64,000 nucleotides of DNA from the human T2T-CHM13v2.0 reference genome, Homo sapiens. Made by a program: the position numbers and the translations under genes. The first letter of the stretch is position 1. Each line of letters opens with the position of its first letter. Location: assembly GCF_009914755.1 (NCBI RefSeq), contig NC_060928.1, one strand, 5' to 3'. This document shows, piece after piece, positions 33,231 to 47,710 of the stretch. The notes below the pieces were generated by a model, which saw only the letters and a program-made list of their open reading frames with translations, was not told where the DNA came from and made no database searches.

Positions 33231-33680
33231 GTATATTAGTTTCCTAGGGCTGCTCTAACAAAGTACCATAAACTGGGTTATTTTCTCGTGGTTCTGGAGG
33301 CTAGACATCTGAAAGCATGGTGGTATCAGGGCCTTGATCTCTCCAAAGCCTCTAGGATTCTTTCTTGCTTCTTCCAGCTTCTGGTAGCCCCAAGTGTTCC
33401 TTGCCTTGTGGCTGCAAAACTCCAGTCTCTCTCTGTGTCTTGACATGGCTGCTTTCTCCCTGTGTCTCCACATCACCTTCCCTCCATGCATGTCTGTGTC
33501 CAGATTTCCCTCTGCTTATAAGGACACCAGGCCTATTTGGTTAGCGCGTGACCAATATGACCTCATCCTAACTTATCACACCAGCAACAACCCTATCTCC
33601 AAATAAGGTCACAGTCTGAGGTGCTGGGGGTTAGGACTTCAATATGTCTTTTTGCAGGGTACACAATTCAAACCATACCA
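33231..33680 (-). mobile_element. MLT1B/C-type MaLR solo LTR
   Basis: tattagtttcctagggctgct...caaataaggtcac...acacaattcaa motifs. Confidence 0.82.
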
Positions 33681-33791
33681 GGAAGCAACAGAAACACATT
33701 CTAAAAAATTTAGACAGAAAGGAGGCTTTATGAAAGGCACTGGGGGAAATGAACCGCTGTGGGGACCCAGCACCAGAGCTCAGGCACACTC

Positions 33792-34090
<299 letters not shown>

Positions 34091-35027
34091 ACACATACTT
34101 TCTCTAATGTGCTGCTATTAATGTGACTCAGTGACAGCAGTTCCTAACCCTGTGTCTTTCCATTCAAATTCCTGGTTCCTGGGTAAAAAGGTTTGAATAG
34201 CTCATCAGCATGGGTCACATGTCCACCTTGGCTTCACTCAGCAGCAATTGGGGACAGTGTCTCATTGTGCAAACCTGCAGACCTACCTGGCTTCTGGGGC
34301 ATGCCCCCTCCTCCTCCTCGGGCCAAGAGCATTTCTAAAAAGATGAGAAATGACCATGGTACTGGCTGTCACCCAAAAAGACACCTGTCCCCCACACTTC
34401 TGTCAGTGACTCTGTGAATAAGGGGTGAGCTACGCACCGCCTATTCATTCTGCTGTCAAGAAATCTGACCTGCTTCTCCTATTTTGTAAAACAACACCTT
34501 TTATGTTTGTCTAATTTCAGGCCTTCAGCAATAGAGCTTCACTGTATACAAGCAGAATGACAAGGGAGGTGGAAGCTCATTGATATGATAGGCTGGACAA
34601 AATGCATTTGCACCCTCGTGTGGTCCAAGTTACCTGATATCCATGGACTTTGATATAAACACTAGGCTTGCAGAGAGGTGCGAGGTCTTAATCAAGATGG
34701 AATAGCCTTAGTGACACCGGTTCCTAAGGCTCTATTGCACCCTCTTGTTACCCTTTTCACAGTTTACTAGGTGAGGAAACTGAGGCCTAGAGGGGTGAAT
34801 TGATTCACTCAAGCCTCTCAGTAGATCTCCTAATTCCCAGTTGGTTATCCACCAGATACATCAGATAGACACCAACTCTTTGGTTCTCTGTGTTTGTTTA
34901 GGCTTGAGAGTGTGAATGTCTGTGTGCATGTTTGTATTATATTTTGCATAATATGTGTTAAATCTTAATTTACCTACTAGTATTCATGGTATTGCTTTCC
35001 ATTCCTTCTGCATATTGTATTCCAGCA

Positions 35028-35195
35028 CAGTGCTTCTCAAACTTAAGGTGCACATGGATCAGTTGGAGATGTTGTTAAAATGAAGATTCTTATTCAGTAG
35101 GTCTGGGATGAGGCTGAGATTCTGTATTTCTAGTAAGCAGTCAGGTGATGACAATGTTCCTAATCCATGGCCCATATTTTATGTAGCAAGGCTGT
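35028..35195. mobile_element. MER5 (hAT-Charlie) DNA transposon
   Basis: cagtgcttctcaaactt...attcagtaggtctggg...ctgtatttcta motifs. Confidence 0.8.
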
Positions 35196-35886
35196 GGCAG
35201 ATGGCTGTGCACTTGAACTTTCATATATATTTATATGTACACACACACACATACAAGTGTTTGCGTGAACAAAATCGGGACCACACAGGTTATCATTATG
35301 GGGAAGAAAAACCTGAATCTAAAATAGAATTTAGAAAGGCCATCTCACCACAACAATACCTCTGATCTTGTGCTGTGATGAATCATTTACATCAAGTCAG
35401 TGTTTCTGTTCTCTAAAGCAGCCATTATTCATAACTTGAAGTTAATGAGTGTGTATTGCTCTCTAGACTCTATTTAAATTGCTTGCATACCTCATTGATT
35501 CTGAAAACCAATGTCATCTTATTGCCCTCATTTGATTATATTTTAGAGGTTTATTGATAATCAAATAAACATGAAAGCAAATACCATAATGGATTTTCTG
35601 GTTACTTACTAAAATGACTGGGTTTTTAAAGAGGTTTCTCCCAAGGCTCCATCATGATTTCCCCAGGAAGACATTACTTCACCCTCAGTAGAGTAACGTC
35701 AATGAAAGTGGGCTGCTCTGGGAAGATATATTTAATTTATGTATTTTTGTTTACTCTGAACTCTTCCAGGTACTATAAGAGAAGCTGACTTATTAAGATT
35801 GCATCCTCTCTCTCTCCAATCCCTTTAATGGTTTATGGTCTAAGAGTAGATTGAACTCTTAGACAGAGAAGACTATTGATTGATAG

Positions 35887-36353
<467 letters not shown>

Positions 36354-36454
36354 TAAGAATGTCTTAATTTTGCTGCTCTTCTAGAAGATGCCCTATAACC
36401 AAGTTTCTATGTTTGCATTTAAAAGAAGAAAGAAAGAAAAAAAAAGGGGTAGAC

Positions 36455-36692
36455 CAGGGCTTAGACTAGGTTAGGTGAGTGAGGGACTTAACTCACCTGC
36501 AAAATGGAAGGAGGCCCAAAAAAGAAACAGAAAAAAACCTCAGGAATCTAGATAGATATTTTAATGAAATATATTTTAAAATAAAAGTGCCAAAATATTA
36601 TGATCATCAAAATATCAAAATTTTAAGTAAAGACAGCATCCACTCTGCCTACACAACTCAACCTGCCTCACTTCACTCTTATCCCAGACCTG
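36455..36692. mobile_element. hAT-type MITE (MER96-like)
   Basis: Degenerate TIRs cagggct...ggtgagtgagg / cctgcctcact...agacctg around an AT-rich core. Confidence 0.5.
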
Positions 36693-36714
36693 CTACAAAA
36701 TTTACATAGTGAAA

Positions 36715-36900
36715 AAGGTCTCGGTTTCAATTTCTAGCTATGTGACCTTAAGCAAGTTACTCAACCTTTCTGATCCCTATTCTCTCCTCTTTAAATTGGG
36801 GTTATCATGATACCTGCCTACCTCCTAGGATTTCCGTTGCAATTAAATGAGACTAAAAAGGTGCAGCAGCGGGTATGAAGCCTGGTCTGTAGGAAGCATT
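36715..36900 (+). mobile_element. MIR SINE
   Basis: tagctatgtgaccttaagcaagttactcaacct core. Confidence 0.8.
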
Positions 36901-37021
36901 CTGCTTCCCCTCCTCTTCCTCTGCAAGAGATCCCTCAACAAAGCTAGTGTATTACATTTTACGTGGCAAGCCTTGTAGTATGAGCACCTAATCTGTCAAT
37001 TTCATACTTCTGATTCCACAG

Positions 37022-37075
37022 AGCAACAAGAAGGCCGAGGTCCTTAACCCCATGATCAGTAGTGTATTGTTAGAG
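37022..37075 (+). CDS. FAM114A1: FAM114A1 coding exon (54 nt): SNKKAEVLNPMISSVLLE
   Basis: ttccacag|AGC acceptor, GAG|gtaagt donor. Confidence 0.94.
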
Positions 37076-37929
37076 GTAAGTGGCCTCTGGAGAGAAAGTG
37101 CTTCTGAATCAAAGTAAATGTTAGAACTACTTTTTTTTTTTTTTTGCCTTTCTTCCCCCACAGCAAATGTTATTGCAATTCTGAATCTCATCATCAGGTC
37201 TTTTTTGAGTAAATTTGTGTAGCTCAACCAGCTGTAAACCCTCTGATGAAGCAACAATACCTAATTTTCAAGAATTCCTGATTATAAAAAGAAATGCTAA
37301 GCTTGCACGTTATTTCTGTCACTGTTTCCTCCAGCAGAAGCAGATTTCTGCTGCCAAATTTGACACTAGATTTAACACTATGATTATTGGCTGCAATGAG
37401 GGATTATTGCTCATCGGTGATTTTCATAAAAATGGGCATTTCCTTCTATTTAGAATAACCTTTGGTTTAGCTGGGTCTAATGTCCAAGCTGGCAACAATG
37501 ACAAGGAGAATGTTTAGCCTATGCCCAGTCAATGACAAGGGACACCATCCTCTGTGACTTCTCACTCTGTGGCCTGCCCACTCACTAGGACTTTGCAGCA
37601 TCAGTTGTGTTGATATAAAGCTGCCCCAACCAACACTGCTGTGTCTTTGCCAGAAATGGTAGCCTAAGAGAGAAGAGGTCCAGGAAGATTTCTCATTCTT
37701 GAATCATAGGCACTGTGTTCCACCTGTAGAGGAAAGGTAGAAGATTGGTAGAGGAAAATCTTCTGTTAGGGGCTAAACTATAAGTAACAGCCGCGGGGCA
37801 CCCAGCTGAAGGCACAAGGTGTTAACAAGCTAAGTTTGAACATGGGCAATGCATATATCATAGGATTTTGCTTTCTGAAGTGGCTGTCCATTGCAAAATT
37901 TGGAAATTACAAAAGTTCAAGAGGGCTAC

Positions 37930-38288
37930 TGTATTAGTCCAATTTCACACTGCTGATAAAGACATACCTGAGACTGGGCAATTTACAAAAGAAAGAAATT
38001 TAATGGACTCACAATTCCACGTGGCTGGGGAGGCCTCACAGTCATGGTGGTAGGTGAAAGGCACATCTCACATGGCTGCAGACAAGACAAGAGAGCTTGT
38101 GCAGAGAAACTCCCTGTTATAAAACCATCAGATCTCATGAGACTTACTCACTATTACAAGAATAGCACGGGAAAGACCTGCCCCCATGATTCAATTACTT
38201 CCCATCAGGTCCCTCCCACAACATGTGGAAATTGTGGGACTTAAAATTCAAGATGAGATTTGGGTGGTGACACAGCCAAACCATATCA
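37930..38288 (-). mobile_element. THE1 (B/C) solo LTR, antisense to FAM114A1
   Basis: tgtattagtc...ccaaaccatatca termini, 359 bp, 5-bp TSD gctac. Confidence 0.93.
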
Positions 38289-38978
38289 GCTACCTATATA
38301 TTTATATCATTGTTTTGGGGACTTGTACCTTACTGTTAAGGAAAACGACAAAGGTACAGAAATAACTAAGTGATGGCACTGAATATTATTGTTTAGGATG
38401 CGGCCGCACAGTGGGATGGCATCAGCCAGAAGGAATAGGAGCTGTAGGGGCAGGTCTTGGAGGAACAGACATAGCTAAGAGAAAACCCTGGCAGTCAGAG
38501 GCAGAATGTGGTACAAGAAAAATCTCTCCCCTGGCCACCCAGAAGGCATAAAATTAACTTACCATGTCAGGTATGAGAAATATGAGGTCAAATGTTTTTT
38601 CCGTTTCCCCAATAGATGTTTTCACATGTTTTAGTTACCCTAACCTTTAAATGGCCTCTCCATCCAATACTGTGTGTTAGTGCACCACAAAACAGGAATA
38701 ATAATTTCAGCTATCCCAACCAAACATAAAGTACCATGCATAGGAGGATAACAGTGTTCAAGTTTGCCATGAATAACTGCCCAATAGTATCTCCAGTTAG
38801 CTTTATGTTGACCATTCTTGCTTATCTATCTGTAGGGTGGGGCAAACTGAGCTCCTTCATACAGTGTTTTTGTGTTATTTCAGGGCAGTAGGGTTGATCT
38901 GGGAAAGAGATAGATAAGACAGGACATACCCTGGGCCAAGAAAGTACACACACTGATGGATCTTAAAAGTCCATAGAA

Positions 38979-39468
<490 letters not shown>

Positions 39469-39480
39469 CTATGAAAATAA

Positions 39481-39612
<132 letters not shown>

Positions 39613-40100
39613 CCTGGCCAGACTCCATCTAGTTAAAGGAGACAGCTGGCCGCCTTGCCTCAATATGTACCATTTAAGGGGATGTTCTCTGTGCGCCTGG
39701 CCACAGACATCCATTTGAGGACACTACAAGCAATTTTGCACAGACAATATTGAGAATGCAAATTTAGAGAGAGTTATCATTTCTCTCAATGTGTATAATT
39801 GTTTTTACAAACAATTGTGTTTTCTTTATGTTAATTTAAACTTACACAGCTTATATTGAAAATTTCCTTTCATCTGAAATTTATTTACAAATATTCGTGT
39901 TCATTTTCCTGGTTAAGCATGCTATATTTAGAAACTCATGGGGAGACCTTAGACTTTTGTTTAATCCTTTATGTTTCAACCTTTAAATGTTCCATTCTTA
40001 TAGTATTACTTTAAATCAATTCTAAAACTGAACTTTGTTTTGTTACATAAATGTCGCAGGCAAAAATAACACTACTTATAGATTTTACCTATTATGGTAA

Positions 40101-40424
<324 letters not shown>

Positions 40425-40547
40425 GGTCATTCATTCTTGCAACAAGCATTTATTGAGCACCTACTGTGTGCTCACAGTAAAGAAACGTGATCTTATCCCA
40501 GTAGAGGTAGATATTCTGAAAAAGAATAATTCTTAAACTGCTTAAAA

Positions 40548-40955
40548 CAGGGGTCCCCACCCCCAGGCCACAGACCAGTACCAGTCCGTGGCACTGGTTA
40601 GGAACCAGGCCACACAGCAGGGGGTGAGCGGTGGGTGAGTGAGCACAGCTTCATCTGTATTTACAGCTGCTCCCCAGAGCTTGCATTACTGCCTGAGCTC
40701 TGCCTCCCGTCAGGTCAGCAGCAGCATTAGAGTCTCATGGGAGTGCGAACCCTGTTGTGAACTGCACATGCGAGGGATCTAGGTTGTGCACTCCTTATGA
40801 GAATCTAATGCCTGATGAATCTAATGCCTCATGATCTGAGGTTGAATAGCTTCGTGCCGAAACCATCCCCCACCCCCATCCCGCTACCCCGAGTCCGTGA
40901 AAAAATTGTCTTCCATGAAACCGGTCCCTGGTACCAGAAAGGTTGGGGACCACTG
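40548..40955 (+). mobile_element. MER1 (A/B) hAT-Charlie DNA transposon in 3' UTR
   Basis: TIRs caggggtcccca / tggggaccactg; perfect 8-bp TSD gcttaaaa. Confidence 0.92.
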
Positions 40956-40967
40956 GCTTAAAATACC

Positions 40968-40973
40968 AATAAA
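40968..40973 (+). terminator. Candidate proximal poly(A) signal AATAAA
   Basis: Canonical hexamer with GT/T-rich sequence downstream (ttggtgttttattt). Confidence 0.5.
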
Positions 40974-41774
40974 TTTTTGAACCTTAAAAACTTTGAAGAA
41001 CAAGGTAAATTGGTGTTTTATTTAATGTCCTACCCTTTAATTTGTTGCATTTTCCTATACTCTTTACACTATTTTATCCCAAACTATGTATATGAGGTGA
41101 AAATATATATGAAAAGGGATACTGAAGAATATTTAGTTTAAAATTAATTTCTTACGATCACGAGCACATGGTGGCATAATTACAAAGCTTGGAAGTATTC
41201 AAATAGAAAATCAAAGGTGTTTCAATACAGTAGAATCCCAGGACTGCATTTTAAAATCGCCTCACAGATCACACTCGCTGGTGGCAAATATCATCATCGT
41301 TGCTAAAGGACAGAAAATACTGATGTGTGTTTTAACTAACTGGTATATTGATCCATGGGAGGCTGCACAGAAGACCCTGCGGCCAGGAGGGGCATTGTCA
41401 GTGGCTGCTTCTCCTGAGCTCCACGCCTTCATTGCAGCTGCATGTTCGATACAATACACCTGCTTCACAGCCCCATGGACATCCCTACAGGTACTGTCAT
41501 GTGAAGCCTTGCCTAGTAGTTCTCTCCAGGGCAAATGAAGCTCACAGTTTTGCAAGGTGGAAACCTCTTATTCACATTTGCTTTGATTCCCCGATGGAGT
41601 AGACTGCCTTTGTTCCATACAGGCAAAGTAAGGATATTTTAATATCATCCTACTTCTTATTAGCATTTCATTTGTCTATGTACTGTATTTCATTTGTATG
41701 TCTCCTGAAACATCCAAATAGAGAACATAAGAACACTTTATGTACAATCTGGAAAAAAATTACCTGAGAAATCA

Positions 41775-41780
41775 ATTAAA
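41775..41780 (+). terminator. Distal poly(A) signal ATTAAA of FAM114A1
   Basis: Variant hexamer, upstream TGTA (CFIm) motifs at 41679-41745, T-rich downstream. Confidence 0.7.
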
Positions 41781-42013
41781 GATTTTTCCCCTTTTCTGAT
41801 TGCCAGAAATGTTTTTATTAAGTCTAGAGAATGATTAACTGATGAAAATGTTGCATTTACCTCTTCATCAATTTTAGACTTTTTATGTGTAGGGCAGAGG
41901 AAATGATATAGATTTACAATTTCTTCACATCAGTTTTTTGTTGTTTTTTGTTGTTTTGTTTTTTGCATCAGATGGGTTTAGATATTAAGTGGAAATGTAA
42001 AAGAGAAACAAGT

Positions 42014-42324
42014 GGCAGGGCTCAGTGGCTCACACCTGTAATCCCAGCACTTTGGGAGGCTGAGGTGGGCGGATTACCTGAGGTCAGGAGTTCGAGAGCA
42101 GCCTGGCAGACATGGTAAAACCCCGTCTCCACTAAAAATACAAAAAAATTAGCCGGATGTGGTGGGTCGCGCCTGTAGTCCCAGCTACTCGGGAGGCTGA
42201 GGCAGGAGAATCGTTTGAGCCTGGCTGGCAGAGGTTGCAGTGAGCCAAGATACACCACTGCACTCCAGTCTGGGCGGCAGAGGGAGATCCCGTCTCAATT
42301 AAAAAAATAAAAAGAGAGAAAAAA
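42014..42324 (+). mobile_element. AluS element
   Basis: TSD aagagaaacaagt. Confidence 0.93.
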
Positions 42325-43545
42325 AGAGAAACAAGTATTTCTCAAGGAGCTAGAATCCTAGACTTAGACTTTAAGCCTAACTGCACCTGTGTAGTGCGTG
42401 CATAGCAAAAACTTTAATGATAAAATGAAATATAAATGTTTAAAAGAATAAGAGATAATCATTCAAAAAGAAGTGGTTGGTGTCATTGGCATTGCACTTA
42501 TCTTCTAATGCTGGAATGCCTAAGGTTGCCAGGTGAAGACAGGCTGAGAGATGATTCCCTGGGCCTAGTTCCATAGTCTGTGAATTACATTATTTAAGAG
42601 AGAATAATCACTTAAAATAGATCCACCTTCCAGGATTTCTTACAATACTGTTTTTCACCACCACTTTTAGGTAATTGTTTCTTTGCTTTGCTTTAAAATC
42701 TGGCAAAGCGCAGGATCCAGATCTGTGCAAATGTCAGTCAGTTACTAAATGAATGATTTAACAGGCTTACCTTGGAAGTTTTTTATTCCTTCAATAATGC
42801 TTTACATAAATTGCATTCATTTCATTCTATGCAATTACCCTGAACAAGCGTGCCAGTTTTTTCTCTTAACATCAAGTGCAAAATCAGTTCTAGTCTAAAT
42901 AATGAATGTAGGCCTGTGCCTGTGCCTTATTAAATAAGAAGCATCAAAAGCGGATCTCAAAATCAAAGTAAAATGAGTTCAAGAAAAACTGCTTTCAGGT
43001 ATTGATATAGACAGATCGAAAGGGCAAAATTGAGTCCCAAATCTTAAAGCATAGGCCTTAGCTTAAATATTATACCCAACCAAGAAGAGAAGGCTCTGTT
43101 TTCTCTGAGTGTCACCCTGGGCTGCACATCAAGCTCATAGCTAAATGAGCAGTGTGATGAGCTGAGGCCCTGGCAGGGGTGAGTGAGGATGTGCTACAGC
43201 CTCAGCAATACCAGCTAAGGAACTATGGACCTCAGATGAGGGCTCAAAGGGGTTGAAGGAAGTTCAGCCTTCGGCAGGCTGAAGTAAAGTGCTGAATACA
43301 AGGTAGGGGCCTGAATAGGGAAATAAGAGAGTTCCTTTGCGGTTTGTAGAAATTAGCTTCCCCAAGGTGCTCAGATACCTGGGAAGTCACCTTCTGCACA
43401 GGCGGGCCATGGTGTTTTCATGTTAGAAATAAAGGCAGACAGATTCCAATCATAGCCATCCCGGAGGTCCAGGATATAACATCTCAGGAAAGCAATTTAG
43501 CAACAATTTGAAATGAACATTTAATTTCTCATCTTTCCTAAAAAC

Positions 43546-43571
43546 GTGTGTGTGTGTGTGTGTGTGTGTGT
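43546..43571. repeat. (GT)n microsatellite
   Basis: ~13 GT units. Confidence 0.95.
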
Positions 43572-44003
43572 TGAACAGATGGGGTTGATCATAATACATG
43601 ACTTCAAATGATTTAATTTTTTATAAAAGCAATTATTTTTCAGGGTTAAGCTAGTTTTTTCTATAATGTAAAAACTGCCCTTTGATCTTCCTCCTAAGTA
43701 AGCGTGCCCTACATTTTGATATGCAGATCCAGGCTTCAACTTGGTGTCTTAAATTACTGTGTTTGCAAAGGCTCATCAGAAGAGATCATACTGAAAATCC
43801 ATTTTAGAACTTCAGTTTTGCTCTGGTTTTGTAGTTGATTAGAATTCATAACACCATAGGAGTCTATTCAGACCAGCCATTCTTCCCATAAAAGAAAAAA
43901 AGGATATAGTTAACCATGTGTTGTATTTTTCTAGATTATCTCATCACTTATGCAAGTTTATGTTCATTTTCTGTATGTCCATCTGTGCTGGATGGTGCAC
44001 TAG

Positions 44004-44411
<408 letters not shown>

Positions 44412-45159
44412 TATTTTTTTTTCTTAGACCCTGAAAATAATCTGAATTATTCTACCCTTTGAACATTTTACCTTTACCAATGATTAAATTATTATACCCC
44501 AAACAGTAGGAAATGTATTAATGGTATTTCTGCTATTTCTGGTGTCTGGGGTCATCATAGACTGGGAATAGAAGCTGATTAGGGAGGATCAGAATTTTGT
44601 GTTGAGATTTAAACTACATTTACCTTTGCATCAGAGTGAATTTTTCTCTGCCTGAGCTGTCAGCCAAAAAGCAATTGGATTATATCAGCCTGTGGTCACT
44701 GCTGACTCACTTGACAGGCTTGTCTCTTGTATTAGTCTCAAAGGAATTCTATATTGCAAAAGAAGAATATGTTTATTTCTTAAATGCCTTCACTGAGTGC
44801 AGAAGTTTAGGGTGATCCAGAGATGTTCTATTTCCCGGCCCTGGGTTTCACCGTCAGGCTTGGAAGCTGCCACTTGGAAGGAAAAGCAAGCACAGAAGCC
44901 AAGGCCAGATGGATGAAAGCTTGGCAAAAAACAAGGCTGAGCTTCTGCCTCTGAGTCTCTGCCATCTTTATCCTTTTTCTCTCTCAGGATTTTATTTTTT
45001 TTTTGGCAATCACCAAGTACCTGTCTCCAGGATCAGCTTTTAACATCCTGCCCCTCTTTTCCATATCTCTTATTTCCCTTCTCTTCCTCTACATTTTTTT
45101 GTCTTATTTCCCCATTAACCAGAAAACAATTCATACAAAAGATTCGGTCATAATCACCA

Positions 45160-45405
45160 ACATGCATTTATTGTGTGCTGGGCACTGTGCTGAGTATTTT
45201 ATTTGCATTATCCCGCTTCATCTCCGTAATCACCCTATTAGGTAGATATTATCATGTCCCTGCACAAATGAGAACATTGAGACCCAGAGACATTATCTAC
45301 CTTGTCCAGAATTACACAACTAGTAAAAAAAAAAAAAAAAAAAAGAGCCAGGATTCAAACTCAGGTCAGTTCAGCCTGACTAGCTAGCGAGCATTTTTAA
45401 CTATT
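45160..45405 (-). mobile_element. MIR SINE
   Basis: ggcactgtgctgag...acaaatgagaacattgagacccagag...gagccaggattcaaactcagg. Confidence 0.75.
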
Positions 45406-46004
45406 AGACAGAGCCTCCCAACAAAACGAATGTAACATGGTTATTTTTAGAGACACCTGCACGCTCAGATTAGCTCTAAGGTAGATTTGAGCTGTGAGGT
45501 AGATTTGTAGCTGAAAGATTTGGTTGTCAACTTTGGTTGTTTCCATGCAACTGAGAACAAACTGAGACTAAAGAGACACAGAATGCAGCCACATGAGGTT
45601 ATTTGGCCTCTGGGTGGTTCTCACCACAGGCCTCTTCATCATTTCACAGACGTTTACATCAAGCAGTTTCCTGGTCATCATCGACTCAGCATCCTGTCTC
45701 ACAGGTGACTTTGATATCACAAAAACGTCTCCATTTCCTTCTCCCTTCCCCTTCTCTGGTGCCAAGGAAGCCCATTTGTACATAACCACCTTCCTGAAAA
45801 TCCTTAACCCTCTCCTACCTTCCCAAAGCGTGGGGTTTGTTTACTTATCTAGACAGCCTTTAAGCTGAATCTTCAGTACCAAGCTCTGTGAGACACTGAT
45901 TGATGTTTAAAGAAGTACTGAATAATGCCTTTCTACCCCTGAACTTGTTTCCTGTTAAGCTCAGGAACTAATGATCATGGTGGTGGTGATAGTGATGTGA
46001 TGAT

Positions 46005-46230
46005 GATGGCATACTTACTGATCAGTCGCTATGTTTGAGACACAAAGTACACAGTCTCTACCTCTACAATCTCATTTAATCCTCCATATCAACCTTAGGA
46101 GATAGCTACTATTATTATCATTTCCATTTTACAGATGGAAAATGAAGCTCAGAGAGATTGAGTGATCTGCCTATGATTATCCGACTAAGAATTAGAAAAG
46201 CTGGGATTTATATCCAAGCAGTATGTAGAA
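46005..46230 (-). mobile_element. MIR SINE
   Basis: ccattttacagatggaaaatgaagctcagagagattgagtga core. Confidence 0.82.
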
Positions 46231-47319
46231 TGCTAAACATAGCCATGGAGAAGCAGATACCCAGTCATAAAGAAGAAAATTTGCTCATTTTTTCCTGGGT
46301 CTGAGTTCCCTTCTTTCAGCTAATATTTGGCCTCCCCCTCCCTGCTCTCTGTCCTGTGGCCTCAAGCAGAGACAAATTGCTCCACAAATCTTTCTGTCAG
46401 AGAGCCAACCACATTTCTCCTGCCAGCACCCCTGATCCCAGGAGAAAATGAGTGCCCTATGTGCCCTGGTCTCCCTCATGTTATAAACCTTGTATGTTGA
46501 GTGATTCATTTCTCATTGAAAAATATGATCGCCTTTCGACATTTCTGCAGGAGAGCTCTAGTCAACTCTCCTTGGGAAAAAAATTCCACTGGTAGGAAGT
46601 GATAAAGGACAAGAACCCAAATGATGAACTGCAGGACAGAAAGACCCCGGCCATTTCTCTGTCAGAAAAAATCATTTGTTCCCACAGGGTATCTTGATCA
46701 GGAAGGCTTCTCCCCCAGACATCCGCGCGGCTTCCTCCCTCGCTTCTTGAAGGTGTTTATTCAAAAACCACCTTCTAAATAAACCACCTTTCCCACCTTC
46801 GTATTTTTTTCTCTTCAGGACATACCACTGTCTAACATCCTTTATATCCTACCGATTTTTCTGTTATCTGCCTTGCACGAGGATGTAGATTCCAGGAAAG
46901 GAGGGATTTTTCTGTGTTCTGTTTGTTACCATATTCCTAACACCCACAGCAGTGCTTGGCAAATAGTCGGTGCTCAATAATGATTTGTTGAATTAACAAA
47001 TAGGTCAAAGTCTTCTGTGTATAATCTGTAAACGCTGAATGAGAGAACGGAAATAGCTGTACTATAGGGTAATTTGTGGGAAAATATCTGGTTGAGTTAC
47101 ATTAGGAAATGTTAACTGTGAAGTAATGGTGCTCATTTTAATGGTATTTGGTGGTATAGCATTAATGATTATGATTGGGGAGCTTAGAAATGAGTAAGCT
47201 TTTTCCCAGTAAAATTAATACGATGTACTCTTTTTTTACTTTGAAGAATTTGCTGTTTGAGGGGTCTTTCAAGATTCTTCAGGGTAAGGTAGACTGCAGT
47301 GAAAATTCAGAAGCCCTGA

Positions 47320-47710
47320 AGAAGTTAATGGTGGTGCACAAATACTCTGGAATATTATGCAACAGTAAAAACAAATGAAAAGAATGGAATAGATCCCTGT
47401 AGTGACAGCTCCAAGATGTGTAATTGAGTGAAAAAAAAAAGAAGCTGTAGTATGATATTTGTCTACAATAACATCTTTGTACACACACACACACACACAC
47501 ACACACACCCCTAGAAGATCCGGAAGGATACACATGAAACTGTTAACATTGCTTATAACCAGAAGTGAAAGGGGGTGCCATAGGTGGGGGAAAACATCAG
47601 AATTTCACAATAATCAAAAGGGACTGCAATGTTATTTGCAATAATTATGTTTGTATAATGAAATATATTAATGGAATACTTATGTAACTAAATTTTTAGA
47701 AATCAAAACA
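47320..47710 (+). mobile_element. Old L1M 3' fragment containing (CA)n at 47481-47508
   Basis: tggaatattatgcaacagtaaaaa and ggaaggatacacatgaaactgttaaca motifs. Confidence 0.6.

Noticed and set aside
41380-41400. CTCF-like ccaggaggggca motif (similar weak ones at ~6460, ~26540, ~48945)
   Set aside because: Each misses key positions of CCASYAGRKGGCR, so sequence alone does not support it.
45479-45525. tgaggtagatttgtagctg resembles let-7
   Set aside because: Only the first 8 nt match. It is part of a short local duplication (aggtagatttg x2) and has no precursor hairpin.
45568-45868. Overlapping ORFs and RTGATGA-like boxes suggesting a pseudogene fragment or snoRNA
   Set aside because: No recognisable protein similarity, poly(A) tail or TSD, and no suitably placed D box or terminal stem.
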